A stretch of 63,391 nt of DNA, filler included, from Choristocarpus tenellus KU-1152 (lineage: Eukaryota; Protista; Phaeophyceae): the NCBI GenBank assembly GCA_964200185.2. It is 13 parts of 13 records of this genome, joined end to end, with 100 filler letters (N's around TTAATTAATTAA, not from the genome) between each part and the next. Parts side by side here need not be neighbours in the genome. Positions count along the whole stretch, not along the records: positions 43,902 to 52,408 come from CAXNAD020004636.1; positions 52,509 to 55,922 come from CAXNAD020020202.1; positions 56,023 to 60,279 come from CAXNAD020015446.1; positions 60,380 to 63,391 come from CAXNAD020022947.1; 9 more parts are not named here. The stretch is one strand, 5' to 3'. The first letter of the stretch is position 1. Each line of letters opens with the position of its first letter. Positions 51,128-63,391 of the stretch are shown one piece after another. The notes under the pieces were generated by a model, which was not told the DNA's origin, ran no database searches, and saw only the letters and a list, made by a program, of their open reading frames with translations. Position numbers and translations under genes: made by a program.

Positions 51128-52508
51128 TGCAACTAAATCACACAAAAATTGCGACATGGAAAAATGGACCCCAAATGGACAGCCCCCCCCCCCCCCCGAA
51201 ACCTTGAGCCCTTTCCAATGAGGCTTCGCCTTTTCCCCCCCAAATGCATTTAAGNNNNNNNNNNATTGCGAAATGAAAAAATGGACCCCCAATGGACCCC
51301 CCCCCCCCCCCCCCAGATACTTTGAGCCTTTTCCAATGAGTCTTGACATTATCCCCGACAGATGACTTGAAGTACCAAAGCTGTGGTGATACTGAGCTTC
51401 GTCCACTCAGATCCCCGGAGACACATAAGAGACAGGCTGGTCCATTCCATTTTTCTCCCCTACACTTTCTAACCGTTAGCACAGATTTTCCTACCTTGTA
51501 CTAGAGTGCGATGTAGAGCTGATCACTACTTTTTCCCGTAACAATGCTTTCTTTGCGATTTATCAACAAAACCACACCTGTCACGGGATTTGCACCCATT
51601 CAGGCAAACCTGTTATGACAATGCTGTTGAGCGATAGTCCTGTGTGAAGTACTCCTGTGACTAACTTGCAACTAATATAATGGACTACTTCTGACTTTCT
51701 ATGGTCAGGACGGGTACTGCAGAGCGCATTGATGTAAGTAACAGGGTGGCTGTGCAAGGCGGGTGGTTGTTTGTGCGCAAAATTTGGTGATTTCACTAAA
51801 CTTACATGTATAGCTGCAGCGCACAGGAGAGCCACCCTGTCTTCGGGAACCCCCGCCGTTCTTGGAACACCCACTGTAATATCTTTTTTCACTTTTTGAC
51901 CTGCATTTCTGAGATCCTAACCCTATCTCTAACCCTAACCCTAACTTGTGTGCTAAAAATATCCCTAACCAGTGAAGGAAACATTCTAGAAGTGGAGGAG
52001 TATAGCGTGCACTAGGGAACCGCAACCTCTCAAAGATTCATCACTTTCACTTTTCATGCGCATTATCGAGAATCTAACCCTAATTCTAACCTGAGCACTA
52101 TCCACTTGCCACATTTGTACAAACGCAACTTAGGGAAAAATGGCGGAGATCTCACTGACGAATCAGGAAAAACTATATAGTCATTTTGACTTACTAGAGT
52201 CAAAGAACGTTCAGGTACAACAGCAATGAATGGTGTTGTCATTCTTGGAATGATGTTGGATTATTTTTGCACTTCTTGACGATTGCAGAGAAGCTGTGTG
52301 TGTGTGTGTGTGTTGTCTCTTGTATGCTGGTACCTTGAATGTGACCCAAAGTATCTGTGGGGGGGGGGGTCTACACCAGAGTGTCCATTTGGACCAAAAC
52401 CAGGAAAGNNNNNNNNNNNNNNNNNNNNNNNNNNNNNNNNNNNNNNNNNNNNTTAATTAATTAANNNNNNNNNNNNNNNNNNNNNNNNNNNNNNNNNNNN
52501 NNNNNNNN

Positions 52509-52736
52509 TATTTTTAATGTGATATTTGATATTTGATATTTGATATTTGATATTTGACTACCTTCTGATGGTAGGAGATGCGGGATGGAAGGACGGTATT
52601 GATGTTCGATATTTTTAATGTGATATTTGATATTTGATATTTGATATTTGATATTTGACTACCTTCTGATGGTAGGAGATGCGGGATGGAAGGACGGTAT
52701 TGATGTTCGATATTTTTAATGTGATATTTGATATTT
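52509..52736. repeat. Tandem repeat, 101-bp unit x2.3, containing (GATATTT)n
   Basis: Identical units start at 52509, 52610 and 52711; the array runs into the contig end. Confidence 0.9.
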
Positions 52737-53734
52737 CAGTGATGATATTAGTTTTTTCCATTGTACGGTGATGGGTTAATTTTTAATTTTTTTTTGACAG
52801 TAGTGTTAGGTCCTTTTCAGCTGACTTCTATGGTTTGTTGTTCTGTATTGTGGTAGAGGTTAGCGGTGATTAAATTGGTGATGGAGGGCTAATGGTCGAA
52901 GCTGGATAAAATGCAAGGCCTCACCCTAACCCTATGTATGCGTAAGGTTACGTATGTGTGTATTGTTATGAACATATTAGGTATGTTGTGTATGTATGTA
53001 TGTATTATGTTACATATTAGGTATGTTGAGTATGTGTGTATGTATATGTTACATATTAAGTATGTTGTGTATGTTGTGTATGTAAACCCCTGAGCTGAAA
53101 GTGATATTGGGAGTAGTGGATGTGTGACCATGGGCCGATGATGACTCAGGTAACGAGCGTATCGAGACAACGATTTAACACTACTTAGGGATTAGGGTTA
53201 GGGAGAGGGATAGATGTTAATGTTAACTGACATTGCCTACAGTTAGAGGATCAAAGCTATTGGGTTGTGTATATTTGTTTTGGTTCTTACGTTTGACTGT
53301 CATCCCTCCTATTTTTCTGCTATGATGTCATCATAATTGTTGGTGATACGAGGGAGTGTCTCCTTGGCAGGAGCGAGATGTTGGGGTTTTGTCGTTCCGT
53401 ATGAAGTGTTCTTTTTCAAAGCTTGTACTGGAAATTGCATTGCATTACATTCTTTTTTTAATGCCGTTGTTGATACTTTTTTTCAAATATATAAATATAT
53501 TTTTGGAAGACATCACATTTTTCGCTGTTAATGCTCTTTAAACCCTTTTTTTTATTCATTTTTTCAATAAAAAAAATCGGGTCCACTGTTCATTTTCTTT
53601 ATTCTTTCGAGGAAAGAGTGAGAGCTTTCAGTCAGAACAAATAAATAATATTTATTTCCGAGGTAATGACAAAATAAGAAATAATCTGTATTCAGTCGTA
53701 ATCACTGCTAATGAGTCAATGTGTGTGTGTACAG

Positions 53735-55842
53735 GACAAGGAGATGCGACCATATCAGCTGTGGCTGCACTCTATGGGAACCCCTAAAGAGCAGGTACTG
53801 GAGAGTATATTATGTATATATATATATAAATATTTATTTAGTTTTTTTTCTTTGCAGTGCAAAAAATAAAAAATAGAGTGCCTTGTTTGAGATTTTCTTC
53901 TTTTTTGATGACTTTTCCCTGACAATTGTAAAAATATATATATTTATATTTGCTACTTTTGTCTTTTTTTTGTACAGGTTGGGGTGTAGAGAGTATGACA
54001 GTTTAGTTTAGAGAGCGCCTTTGGTACAGTTTGTGCCTCTCCCTCTCTCTCTCTCTCTTCCTTTTTCCTTGGTTTTGGTGATGGTTTGTTTATATCCGTG
54101 TTAGGCGTGGTGTTGCTTATTATAGTGAAAACATCTTCAAAGGGCACGAGTTTTGCCCTGTTTGTCTGTTTGGGACTTGAATTCCCATGTTTAAAAAAAA
54201 AAATGACATTTTACCTACTCCAAAATGTTTAGGAGTAGGTAAAGTGTATATTTTATGAAAAGGTGTGTCCGGAAGATGGATATTGACACTTCTTAACAAA
54301 AGCAATAGCCAAAATTACATCAAAATCGCAATGTTGGATTTTGGCCCCCAAATGGACACGGCTGTACCCTCGAAGATACTTTGTTAATTTGAATTTTGTG
54401 CTACCGAGCGAAAGAGACCCATATATTTTTTTCTTTTTTTTAATGTATTTTTTTTGTGTTGTGCGCACTTTATTTTTTCTGATCAAAATATAAATAAATT
54501 GTGCTGTGGGGTTAGTGTACCGTGTTGTGCTTTATTCATTTTTACTCTTTTTTGTGTTGTGTTGTGTTGTAGTCTGTTATTTATTGGTGCTGTTGTTGTG
54601 CAGTGTCTGTCCTTATCTCAACCTCTCTCACTATGTGCAGGACTTGCTTCTATTCACCGAAGAAGACGAGCTGTTTAATTTGTGGATCAACAAGTGCGAC
54701 AGTAGCAGGTGAGGCACCAAGCAAGTATGAAGTGCCCTGAGTGATGGTTTTGACATGTAGATTGCGTTGATGGCGATTTGCTATGGGTCTAAATAACAAC
54801 TAGAAGCGTTTTTTTAGGTGAATCAAGGAAAGGAAACCGTTCAATCCTCAAAGTAAAGTTGACCTTGATAGAATGACCTTTTAAAGGGTTAGGGTCTATT
54901 AGTAGTCCTTTTGTACAATTTGAACTCTACATGTATAAATATACAACTGGTACTAAACTCCTCCCCGAGACTCTTTTATGGCCCCCTCCCCCTCCCCCCC
55001 CCCCCACCCCCAAAAAGTTAAGAATAGAAGTATTATTTTATTATTATGCCCTCCGACATTTTGCTGATGTGTCAGGGAGAAAACCTCTGAAGACTATTCT
55101 CACATATCAGAAAAATATCAGAAAAATCCCTAAAAAAGTAACAGTTGTCATAAAATGCGATAAACATTAAGTCTATTAACTATTTTATTAACTATTTTAT
55201 TACTACCTATGCTGTACCACCGGCTTCCTGTGCCTCTAACCTAGCTTATTCCTCCACCCCAGGTTGAGGAGCTAAGGAAGCATCCCAAGAGTCTAACAAT
55301 CCCCTCCTTGCTCAATCTCCTTGGTGTCTCCTAGCTTAAAATACATGACACGTCTAGATAAGACCACCTTCATTGTAACAGACACTATTTGCTATAGGCG
55401 GGATTTGACTAACACACCCCAGCATTGCACATTTCTGCTAACAAAAAATGATAGGTTGGTGAGGTGGCATATCACAATGTATTTACCGATATCGGTACAA
55501 TTGATTGCACACATATCATCAATGGTTTCACCCTTGTTGGGTCACACCATATTGCTGACTAGACCCTGACCCTATTTTTCAGATACAGGCACTTGCTCTC
55601 TGGCTTCTCCTTCCCTTCTGGTCTCCCTTTCCACCCTCCTCCCACTGTAGGTCTATGATGGTATCTCTTCTACCGTTCCGATGGTGTCCCGTAACAGTGT
55701 TAATGTGATCTCGGTGGTGTCCCCTTTGTTCTTTTTGTTTTGCCTCTATTTTTATTTTTTTTCTGCTGCTGGGAAGAACAGGTTTGTGATAGTATCTACT
55801 GAAAGCATTTCAACAACGGAGGAGCATGTTATTGATCTCCAG
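53735..55842 (+). CDS. Oligopeptidase B / prolyl oligopeptidase (S9A) beta-propeller region; internal exons 53735-53794, 54641-54708, 55782-55842
   Basis: DKEMRPYQLWLHSMGTPKEQ|DLLLFTEEDELFNLWINKCDSSR|FVIVSTESISTTEEHVIDLQ. GT-AG junctions in phases 0 and 2; matches the oligopeptidase B pattern RPYQ.W.H..GT...D.L...E.D..F. Confidence 0.85.
54123..54387 (-). mobile_element. MITE family A copy inside an oligopeptidase B intron
   Basis: Reverse-complement match with both TIR remnants. Confidence 0.85.
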
Positions 55843-56850
55843 GTCAGTTTGGCTGCACAGGGGGAGGGGGGAGAGGAGGAGGAATTGTTTTGTGATTGGT
55901 GTCTTGGGAGGGGAGGAGGAGGNNNNNNNNNNNNNNNNNNNNNNNNNNNNNNNNNNNNNNNNNNNNTTAATTAATTAANNNNNNNNNNNNNNNNNNNNNN
56001 NNNNNNNNNNNNNNNNNNNNNNCCCCCCCAGATACTTTGACCCAATGGTTCAAAGCAGCCAAACTTTCTGTAGCAACCAGAAATCCATAATGATACAGTA
56101 AAATGATATAGCCAAATACTCTATTGTATCATCATCACAGAACTACTCACTTATTTTTGTTGACTCTCAAAAAATTCCAAACTGTACTTCACGGTATGGT
56201 GCAGTTCCAAAGTGAGGTACGTGGGAAGATGATGTGATACAATATGGGACAATACTGAGGCACAGCAGAGAGCACCCCCATTAGACACAGTACTTGGGAG
56301 GTATCATTATTGTTTGTTACGATATTGCCATAGGTGTCCTCTGCAGTACCTATGTAATTACACTAAATGGTTACGCTTTCTTAAGGTGGATGTCTCCATA
56401 CCAACATTGTGTAGGTCCCTCAAGACACTCTTTTCACCCAATGCTATGTTTCCTCAGGAAGCCGTTTCGCTATTTTGTCAACACTCCTGTTGGAAATATG
56501 CCTGCTGATCCTGTTTCAAAATGAGAGTCTACTTGTTTCTCTGGCAATAGCTCCTTTCAGTATACAGGGAGAAAACTTCAATACTTTGAAGTACCATAGT
56601 GGATACTTCAGAGAGCTCTACACAACATGCTGGAACAAAAATTAGTCTGCGAGGTGATATTGTGACCCAGTGACTTAGTTTCTTCCCCATATGCTCCATT
56701 TCCAGGTTGGAGTCCTGTCCTCTAACGTAAACACCAAGAAGAGAAATGAACATGGTGAGGAGTGCGCATTCCACACATAATGTGCCAACGCCATCTGTGT
56801 AATCTAAAGGCATTCTAGGCACCTTAAACACCAGGTGCAACTCCACATAC

Positions 56851-59309
56851 CTCTTCAGATCGTGGCCGCCCAGTCAGAAATCCCTTTGGAGATGATGGAA
56901 TAGATGATGAAGGACGCCGTATTGGATGTGTGCTCGGAGTTGGGGCAGTACTAATGCCCTGGCTGGTTGAAGAGCTTTCATCTGGTACACAACCATGTGA
57001 AGGAGCAGCTACTGATGCACCCTCAGAGTTCTCACACTGTTCAGTTGCCTCGCAAAGGTCTACAACAGCTATGGCAAAGATGCACCAAAGGATTGGAAAT
57101 GGGGGCCAGGTTTGCTCAAGAAAAAGGGAGATCCGGGATTGGAAAGGTTGCACACAATATGCCTGGGATGGGGAGAAGCTACAAAGAGTTCAATTTTGTT
57201 GATGTATGAGCACGTGCCAAAGTTTGCTTTGTACGATGAGTATAATTATTAGAAGATTACCCTTTCCCTCAGGGTAGGGAGAGGAATGTTCATATGGTAC
57301 TAATGTATTCTATTTACATACACACTAACACACACAGAAAACAAACACATGCATGTGAGATGTGTAATCATTGGATAGCAGAAGGAACGCCTGGTTTAGG
57401 TCCTCCTCTCACCAGAATTTGCATACTTTTGTTGAATCATCCTCAGAAGCTTCTGCTCCTGTCCAGCGTACTTGTCAAGCAGGGTGTCCACCTTGCCAAG
57501 CTTGTTTGGGGCGAACCGTTTGTACAGTGATTCCACCTAACATCAAATTGCTGTCTACTTAGGACATTGATGACATTCTATTGATGTCAGATTTAAGAGC
57601 GTACTACAGATGAAGATGTGTATTGTGTAGATTGTCATACCCTCACATAAAATCTAATATTTTTCAATGCACAGACCTTCATTTTATGTAATCTTCAATA
57701 TGCACGTGTCACCTTACAACGAACTTTGGCCGCATCGGCTTCCATCTCCTTCCTTTCCTGCTCTCTCAATTCTCTTAAGCTTCCCACCGTGGCACTGTCA
57801 GAGTGATATAATCTCAATCGAGCTTCTCTCTTGGCAGCATCCTCATAACTGCGCTTGTCTCCTGCTTTGGCTTTCAACACAGACATAGCCGTAGTGACGA
57901 CTTGAGACTTGATCCTTTCATCCAGTGGTGAGTCTGTTGCAAAGCTTGGCAGATGATTTACTTCAATCAGCCAGGGCTTGAGGCTAGCATCAACCATGAA
58001 GTCGAAACCCAAGATTTCCACGCAGCGGGAACCCTCCACCACACCATTGTTCTGGTGCTCTTGAAACTGCTGCTGTGGCTGAGCCCATCTATCTTCGTCG
58101 TCTCTCTCATCTCCCTTGCTCATTTTGGAACCTTTCCCCTCCCCTGTGACGCCTTCTCTGCTGCAGCCCTCCTCAACGCCTGGCTTAGAGTCAGCACTGA
58201 CCGTGTTGCCAGAGTCTGGACCAAAAGTTTGAAGGTAGTCTCGGTGGAGGGTAGGTAGGATACATACAAGGGTCTTCACGCAAGAATTGCACATGCGACG
58301 CCACAGCGTGTCCGCTCTCCCTTCCCCATGCTCTTGGGCTACCCAGTCCAAGAGCCACCTCAAGCTTCGTTTGCTCCCACAGTCGTCCCTATCAGCTTCT
58401 GTGTTGGCCACGAAATTTTCTGACCCCTTGTTAACGGAGTAGTTGGTGAGGTGCATGCAGCGTTCACCAAGATTGTCGCTTGCCGGCCTCAGGTATTCCT
58501 CAGTGCAAAAACGTGCGAGACCATCCTTGAAGGCGTAGACCCTCAGAGGAATAACACTGGTCACCAGAACGTACAAGCGGAGGTCGAACTTGAGGCCATC
58601 AATCAATAGAGGCTTACGGACATAAAGCTGCGCTACCTGACTCTCCATGGCATTTACCCGTTCCATATCCTGGGTGAGGAAAATTCCTCGACCCTGGCAG
58701 CCGCTGTCAGGCTTGATTATGAACGTTCTGTTTGACTTGCCCAGGGAGTCGAACTCTGCTTTGAAGCTTCCCCACTCAGCCGGGAGCACCCAGGTTCGGG
58801 GATAGAATGCATAATCTTGGGGGAATGTACGTCGCATACGATCAAGATTCTGGGCCATTCGTCCCTTGCGAGCGACGTTTGACATACCAGGGAAGTGATT
58901 GATACGTTGCCATGGACGCAGCTGATTCAGGCGCTCGATGATGTTGGCAACGTCCACCCAATATATGTGGCACTTGCGTTGAGTCTCCGATTCAACATCA
59001 ACCAGCTTCCACCCCATTGTTCGGGCTGCTTCCCTCACCACATCATACTTACACTCCGCGACGCATATGAGCACCTGCATTGTTTGGTTCGTTACGCATT
59101 TGTGAGTGGGACGTATCTTCAACTTCAATCCTAGACGATATATGGACCTCCAAAGCAATTCCTTGGTTTGTTCTAGATACGATGATGCATGGAACGAGGA
59201 ATCTCTTATAAACCTGTGTGGGAGTCGACATTTTCTTCCGGGATCTCTTCGATGCTGTGCGTTTTTCAACTGCACGAGTGGGATTGAGATCTCCCTTCGA
59301 AGGGCTCAT
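56851..59309 (-). CDS. Tubulin-tyrosine-ligase-like protein (TTLL6/7/13-type polyglutamylase); exons 59309-59214, 59074-57713, 57536-57413, 57068-56851, 3' end unresolved
   Basis: TTL motifs QRINHFPGM, FYPRTWVLP, IIKPDSGCQGRGIFL, KFDLRLYVLVTS, GLARFCTEEY, MHLTNYSVNK, EILGFDFMVD and PWLIEVNHLPSF. Exon phases are consistent (0, 0, 1). Confidence 0.92.
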
Positions 59310-60113
59310 TTCACGGGCCAAATTTCCACACTTGACGAGAGGGGCCTGATGTCTTCGTTGACGAAAGAGTTCGATGAAAATTTTGAGGATGTCTTGGTGC
59401 GACAACTCCTTCTCGTGAGGGTTGTCATATCATGGACGCGTGCAGTCACCTACTACTGAACAACCTAGTTGTATGAGGATTCAACACAATGTTGTAGGGA
59501 ATCAGGTATGTCTTACTACTGAACGCCTCTGCCCTTCATCCTTCCTTCATCCCCAACAAACGTTACTAGTGAAGATTCACATCCAAAACCGTGGTCTACA
59601 ATCAATGATATATCCGGACCATAATTAGAGTATAGTACGGTACTGTTTCTGGAACTTGAAATTGATGGTTGTTTAAGTATTATCTATGGTACCATTAAAA
59701 AAATGCTAAAATATATTGCGAAGGATGGGTAGATTGGGGGAACACCTCCCTCTCACGACAATCCCCTCCTATCCATATAGGCTGCACATGACTGACGAAG
59801 GAAGCCCAGACGGGGCCAGCATGACACTACCCAATTATGCAATTCAATTTTTACTCTCAATCGGCGATCCTCCACACACATTCTAGACCTGGACAACAGT
59901 CTTCTACGATAGCTTTAGCCAGGCACAGGAGCCAATGTGGACAAGGGGCCAACCCTTGACCCTCCACTAAATCCCTGGAGTCAGCTAGACGGATACCTCC
60001 AACTGAATTTTGCCTCACGGTGGCCCGTTCTTTAGGAGTGGAGGAGGCACTTTTTTTAATGCTTTTTTAGTGAAGAGATGTAGAAGGCAAAATATGGACA
60101 CTGATCATGCTCG

Positions 60114-60279
60114 GGGGAATTTTATGAGGGTGCTTTCGGCGCTCTTTGTCGTGATCGAGGGATAAAACAGGAGTTCACACCTGCAGACAGCCCTCAATTT
60201 AATGGGGTTGCTGAACGAATGCTGGGTATTATTGATGAAGCTTCATTAGCTGCCCGCCTTCAAGCTCCACTACTTTTCC
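60114..60279 (+). mobile_element. Ty1/copia integrase core fragment
   Basis: GEFYEGAFGALCRDRGIKQEFTPADSPQFNGVAERMLGII matches the canonical copia GGEF...PQxNGVAER motif. Cut by the contig end. Confidence 0.88.
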
Positions 60280-60423
60280 NNNNNNNNNNNNNNNNNNNNN
60301 NNNNNNNNNNNNNNNNNNNNNNNTTAATTAATTAANNNNNNNNNNNNNNNNNNNNNNNNNNNNNNNNNNNNNNNNNNNNCTGGTGTATACCCCCCCCCCT
60401 CCCCCCCCAGATACTTTGGTCCT

Positions 60424-60708
60424 GATACCGAAATATTTGCACTTCACCGGTAGAATATTGTAGACATTCGTCTAGCACGTTTCTATTTTGAATGTCTTCC
60501 TTCCTCCATGTTTCACGATCCTTGTATGTAACTGTTGTTCCTGGTTGAATTGAGTGAGTAGTGTGTGATAGCGAAATATTTGCAGGTTAACAGCAGAATC
60601 TTGGTACACGTTCGTCGAGCATATTTCTATTTTCGGATCTCTTTCTTCATGTTGCAATACGCCTGCTCTGTGTGTATGTAACTATTGTTCCTACTGAATT
60701 GAGTGAGT
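60424..60708. repeat. Diverged tandem duplication, unit ~145-150 bp x2
   Basis: tgata.cgaaatatttgca, tttctatttt and tgtatgtaact.ttgttcct...gaattgagtgagt each occur twice at about 145-150 bp spacing. Confidence 0.75.
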
Positions 60709-62233
60709 GTCATGCGTAACGCCCCCACAAATACAATGTAGTTTTATCATATACAGGTTGAAGCACATTGTATCAATAGCCTCATGTGTGTATGGAGGAT
60801 TGCCCGTTCAGTTAAAGAGATATAGAGACCTGTGGGTCTTAATTCCACAGATTTGCAATATGAGCTCTTTTTGGGGGATAGGCGCTTGCCAGCGGAGGGA
60901 TATGACTTTGAATTGTTTTATTTTTCTGTGCTAGTGACAACAGGGATTGTTATGCACATACTGATCACTGCCAGTCATTGTATTTATACCCTAAAACAGA
61001 ATGTTATTGTGAAAACAACCACCATGCCACCCTGGGGTCACTAGTCTGGAAAATGAGTAACCCGGAATAAACGCAAAGTACGTTCGATGTGGGCGCTGTG
61101 TTTCGGATGTGATAATGAAATATCTACGTCTGAGTATACCCACTCACGCAATTTCCTAAACTTATTATTTTCTCTTTTTCTTTTTGGACCCATGGCGTTG
61201 TGGGTTAGTCCTCAGGCTTAGCGTGAACTGGGTGTTAGGTATCACACTTCCATACTTTTCATGGTGCATAAATATTTACTATTAATTCATTTTCAGGAGT
61301 ACAAAAGACATGCACTCTGCATGCAACAACATACACTTAATTCATTTGTGAAAGAGACCCTATGCAGGGAACATACTGATATACCATCCATGTCTACCCC
61401 TCCCTCCCTCCTCCGGTCTCATAAGGAAGTACTCGTATAGTGCCACAGAGGGTACTCTGTAGCGCTACAAACCACGACACAGTGGTACAAAGTGCCATAT
61501 AGCCTTTTGCCGAGTGCTACGATTAGCTAATATGGATTGAAGATGGTGAATAGTAGAATACTTGTATTCCAAGCATGGATATCGTCCTCCTATTAATAGT
61601 TTTATTCAAAGTAGCCCTAACCCTAATCCAAACCTTTATACTAGCCCTAAATCTATCCCTGACCCTAGGTCTATTATTCCTTGAAGCAGGCCTTACAATG
61701 ACAACATAAATTAAGAGTTAGGGCTTTCGACCGAATATATACTCGTTCTTACAGTTGTTGTATGTCTATCGCTCGTGGGATCCCAAGGTTGCACTTGCTG
61801 CAGGGAGCAAGATACTCAAAGCCTCGTACGACAGAAGGCATGCCACCAGAAGTGGCAGGAAGAAACTTAACTTATCAAATTAGATTATGGCACGATGTGC
61901 TATTGACTCTCTCTCTCCCTCATTCATCAAGACCAAAAATTACACCACCCCCCTTGTGTTCTTTTAATGCCTTTTAATGCCTTTTACCTCTCTTCTGCCT
62001 GCGTACATACCATGATGAGCGGTCTAGACCACTCTAGGATTATGAGTCGAGTTTGTATACGAAATGTTTACGATCTATTGAAAACTATAAGGTACACCAT
62101 ATCATGTTATTGTACACTCCAGATTACTACGTAGCGCACAATTATGTGTTACTTACATCAAGTGTACCTTCCTTAATATTGACAGCAACAAAGTAAGTGT
62201 TTGCTGCTATATTGTTCAAATTTCGAGGGAACC

Positions 62234-62490
62234 GAGCCAACGTATCTTAGAGGGTATTGCTGCGTCCATTGGGGGCCAAAGTTCAATGTTGCAATTTTGA
62301 TGTAATTTTGGCTATTTTGTGTGTTAGGAAGTGTCAATGTCGATGTTCTGGACACATCTTTTAATAACATACACATTTTACCCACTCCGAAACATTTTGG
62401 AGAAGGAAAATGTAATAAAACGTCCATGGGAAGCCAAGCCCCAAATGGACAAACAGGGCAAAACTCGTACCATCTAAGGTAGTTTCACTC
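62234..62490 (+). mobile_element. MITE family A, full copy with 4-bp flanking direct repeat AACC
   Basis: aacc|gagccaacgtatcttagagggta ... tctaaggtagtttcactc|aacc. Confidence 0.88.
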
Positions 62491-63391
62491 AACCACAAAA
62501 GGTGACGTGAATCAAATATATTTCCATGTATGTACTTGTAGACTACTACTAGCATCATCATGAATTAGTCTTAGGAGTAGTGTGCCAGGTCACGCCTAGC
62601 TTACCATCCTGGTTTCCCTAGTTTAGTAAGGCGCATTACAAGTTAAACAATGCTGCTAGGTCATTTTTGAGCCCTTATTGACGACGCAATTGGTTGCAGG
62701 TGTGCCTTCACAACCCCCGCCCTGACTAACTGGTCGTCTACCTACCACCTACTACTCTATGCGAGTGAGTCGCTCCCTCATCAAAATAGCAATTGATTTG
62801 TCCATGTGCTGAGAGCTGATAGCTTTTCTACCTTAAAGGTACATTGATTGAGGTTTAACACAACAAAAAGGGTCAAATATAGATCGCTCATACATACGTA
62901 GTCGTAATTGTGTGTATTATGGACCTCGACCTGCAACAACAGTAGTAGTAGCAGAGCATTAATTTTGATATCATCGTTTGATGATGCATCGTACCCAATT
63001 CATACTTAGAGATGGAAAGCAATGTTGACCTTGACACCGCAGCAAATAATGCCATATTCAGGAGGAACAAGAAGTTTTCTAGAATTGAAGAGTAGAAAAA
63101 ACAAGTTCGAAACAAAAAACTCCTTAATATTTGTCACGTCAATCCTCTAATAATATCCTAGAGTCAGACAAATACTACTGTGTAGGGGTGACCCTCTGTT
63201 CCCTTGGAAGTGTATGGAGAATGGTGAGGTAAGATAAATAATTCTGTGATGGTTGGAATTGAAGTATCAGTGTTTTGGTTTTGATTATATAAGGATGAGA
63301 TGCTGAGTATAATGCATTGATCAATACTGTGAATCGTGTGATTCTGTGGCGGCGTGGTTCACTCAGGCAAGGGTGGCGAAGAGAATCACCG

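Noticed and set aside
51916-51970. Telomere or chromosome end
   Set aside because: Only short degenerate CCCTAA units, internal to a contig and scattered elsewhere in the window.
21336-60279. Apparent cluster of CCT3, BRCA2, P4H, oligopeptidase B and TTLL as a functional system
   Set aside because: Each gene is on a different contig joined by artificial spacers, so adjacency is not evidence of linkage.
61750-63080. Scattered candidate small exons on the - strand (e.g. KLLVPPEYGIICCGVK, QVQPWDPTSDRHTTT)
   Set aside because: Could not be assembled into a recognisable, phase-consistent gene.

Overview
This is eukaryotic nuclear DNA: intron-rich, GT-AG spliced and littered with transposon relics. 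It is most consistent with a brown alga or related stramenopile, inferred from the copia integrase style, gene content and TTAGGG-like repeats. It is not one continuous locus. Twelve identical 100-bp spacers (44 N + TTAATTAATTAA + 44 N) join 13 separate short contigs, so neighbourhood across spacers means nothing. I reconstructed these spliced genes by hand with phase-consistent junctions: a BRCA2-like gene with about 13 BRC repeats, the 3' end of chaperonin CCT3, a five-exon prolyl 4-hydroxylase, a TTLL tubulin glutamylase-type gene, three exons of an oligopeptidase B (S9A), and two exons that appear to join a cyclic-nucleotide-binding domain to a D-lactate/2-hydroxyacid dehydrogenase. Mobile DNA includes two related MITE families sharing GRNY-CAAAGTATCT termini (12 and 9 copies or fragments, some nested), an intact non-autonomous hAT element with an 8-bp TSD, and decayed mariner, Tc1/IS630-like, gypsy and copia relics. 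There are also several minisatellites and a near-perfect 35-bp hairpin. No rRNA, tRNA, CRISPR array or prokaryotic-style system was found. The most interesting candidates are the putative cNMP-dehydrogenase fusion, the recently expanded FxxG-type BRC array, the self-nesting MITE pair, the hairpin, and an unassigned ORF with a 108-aa internal repeat.
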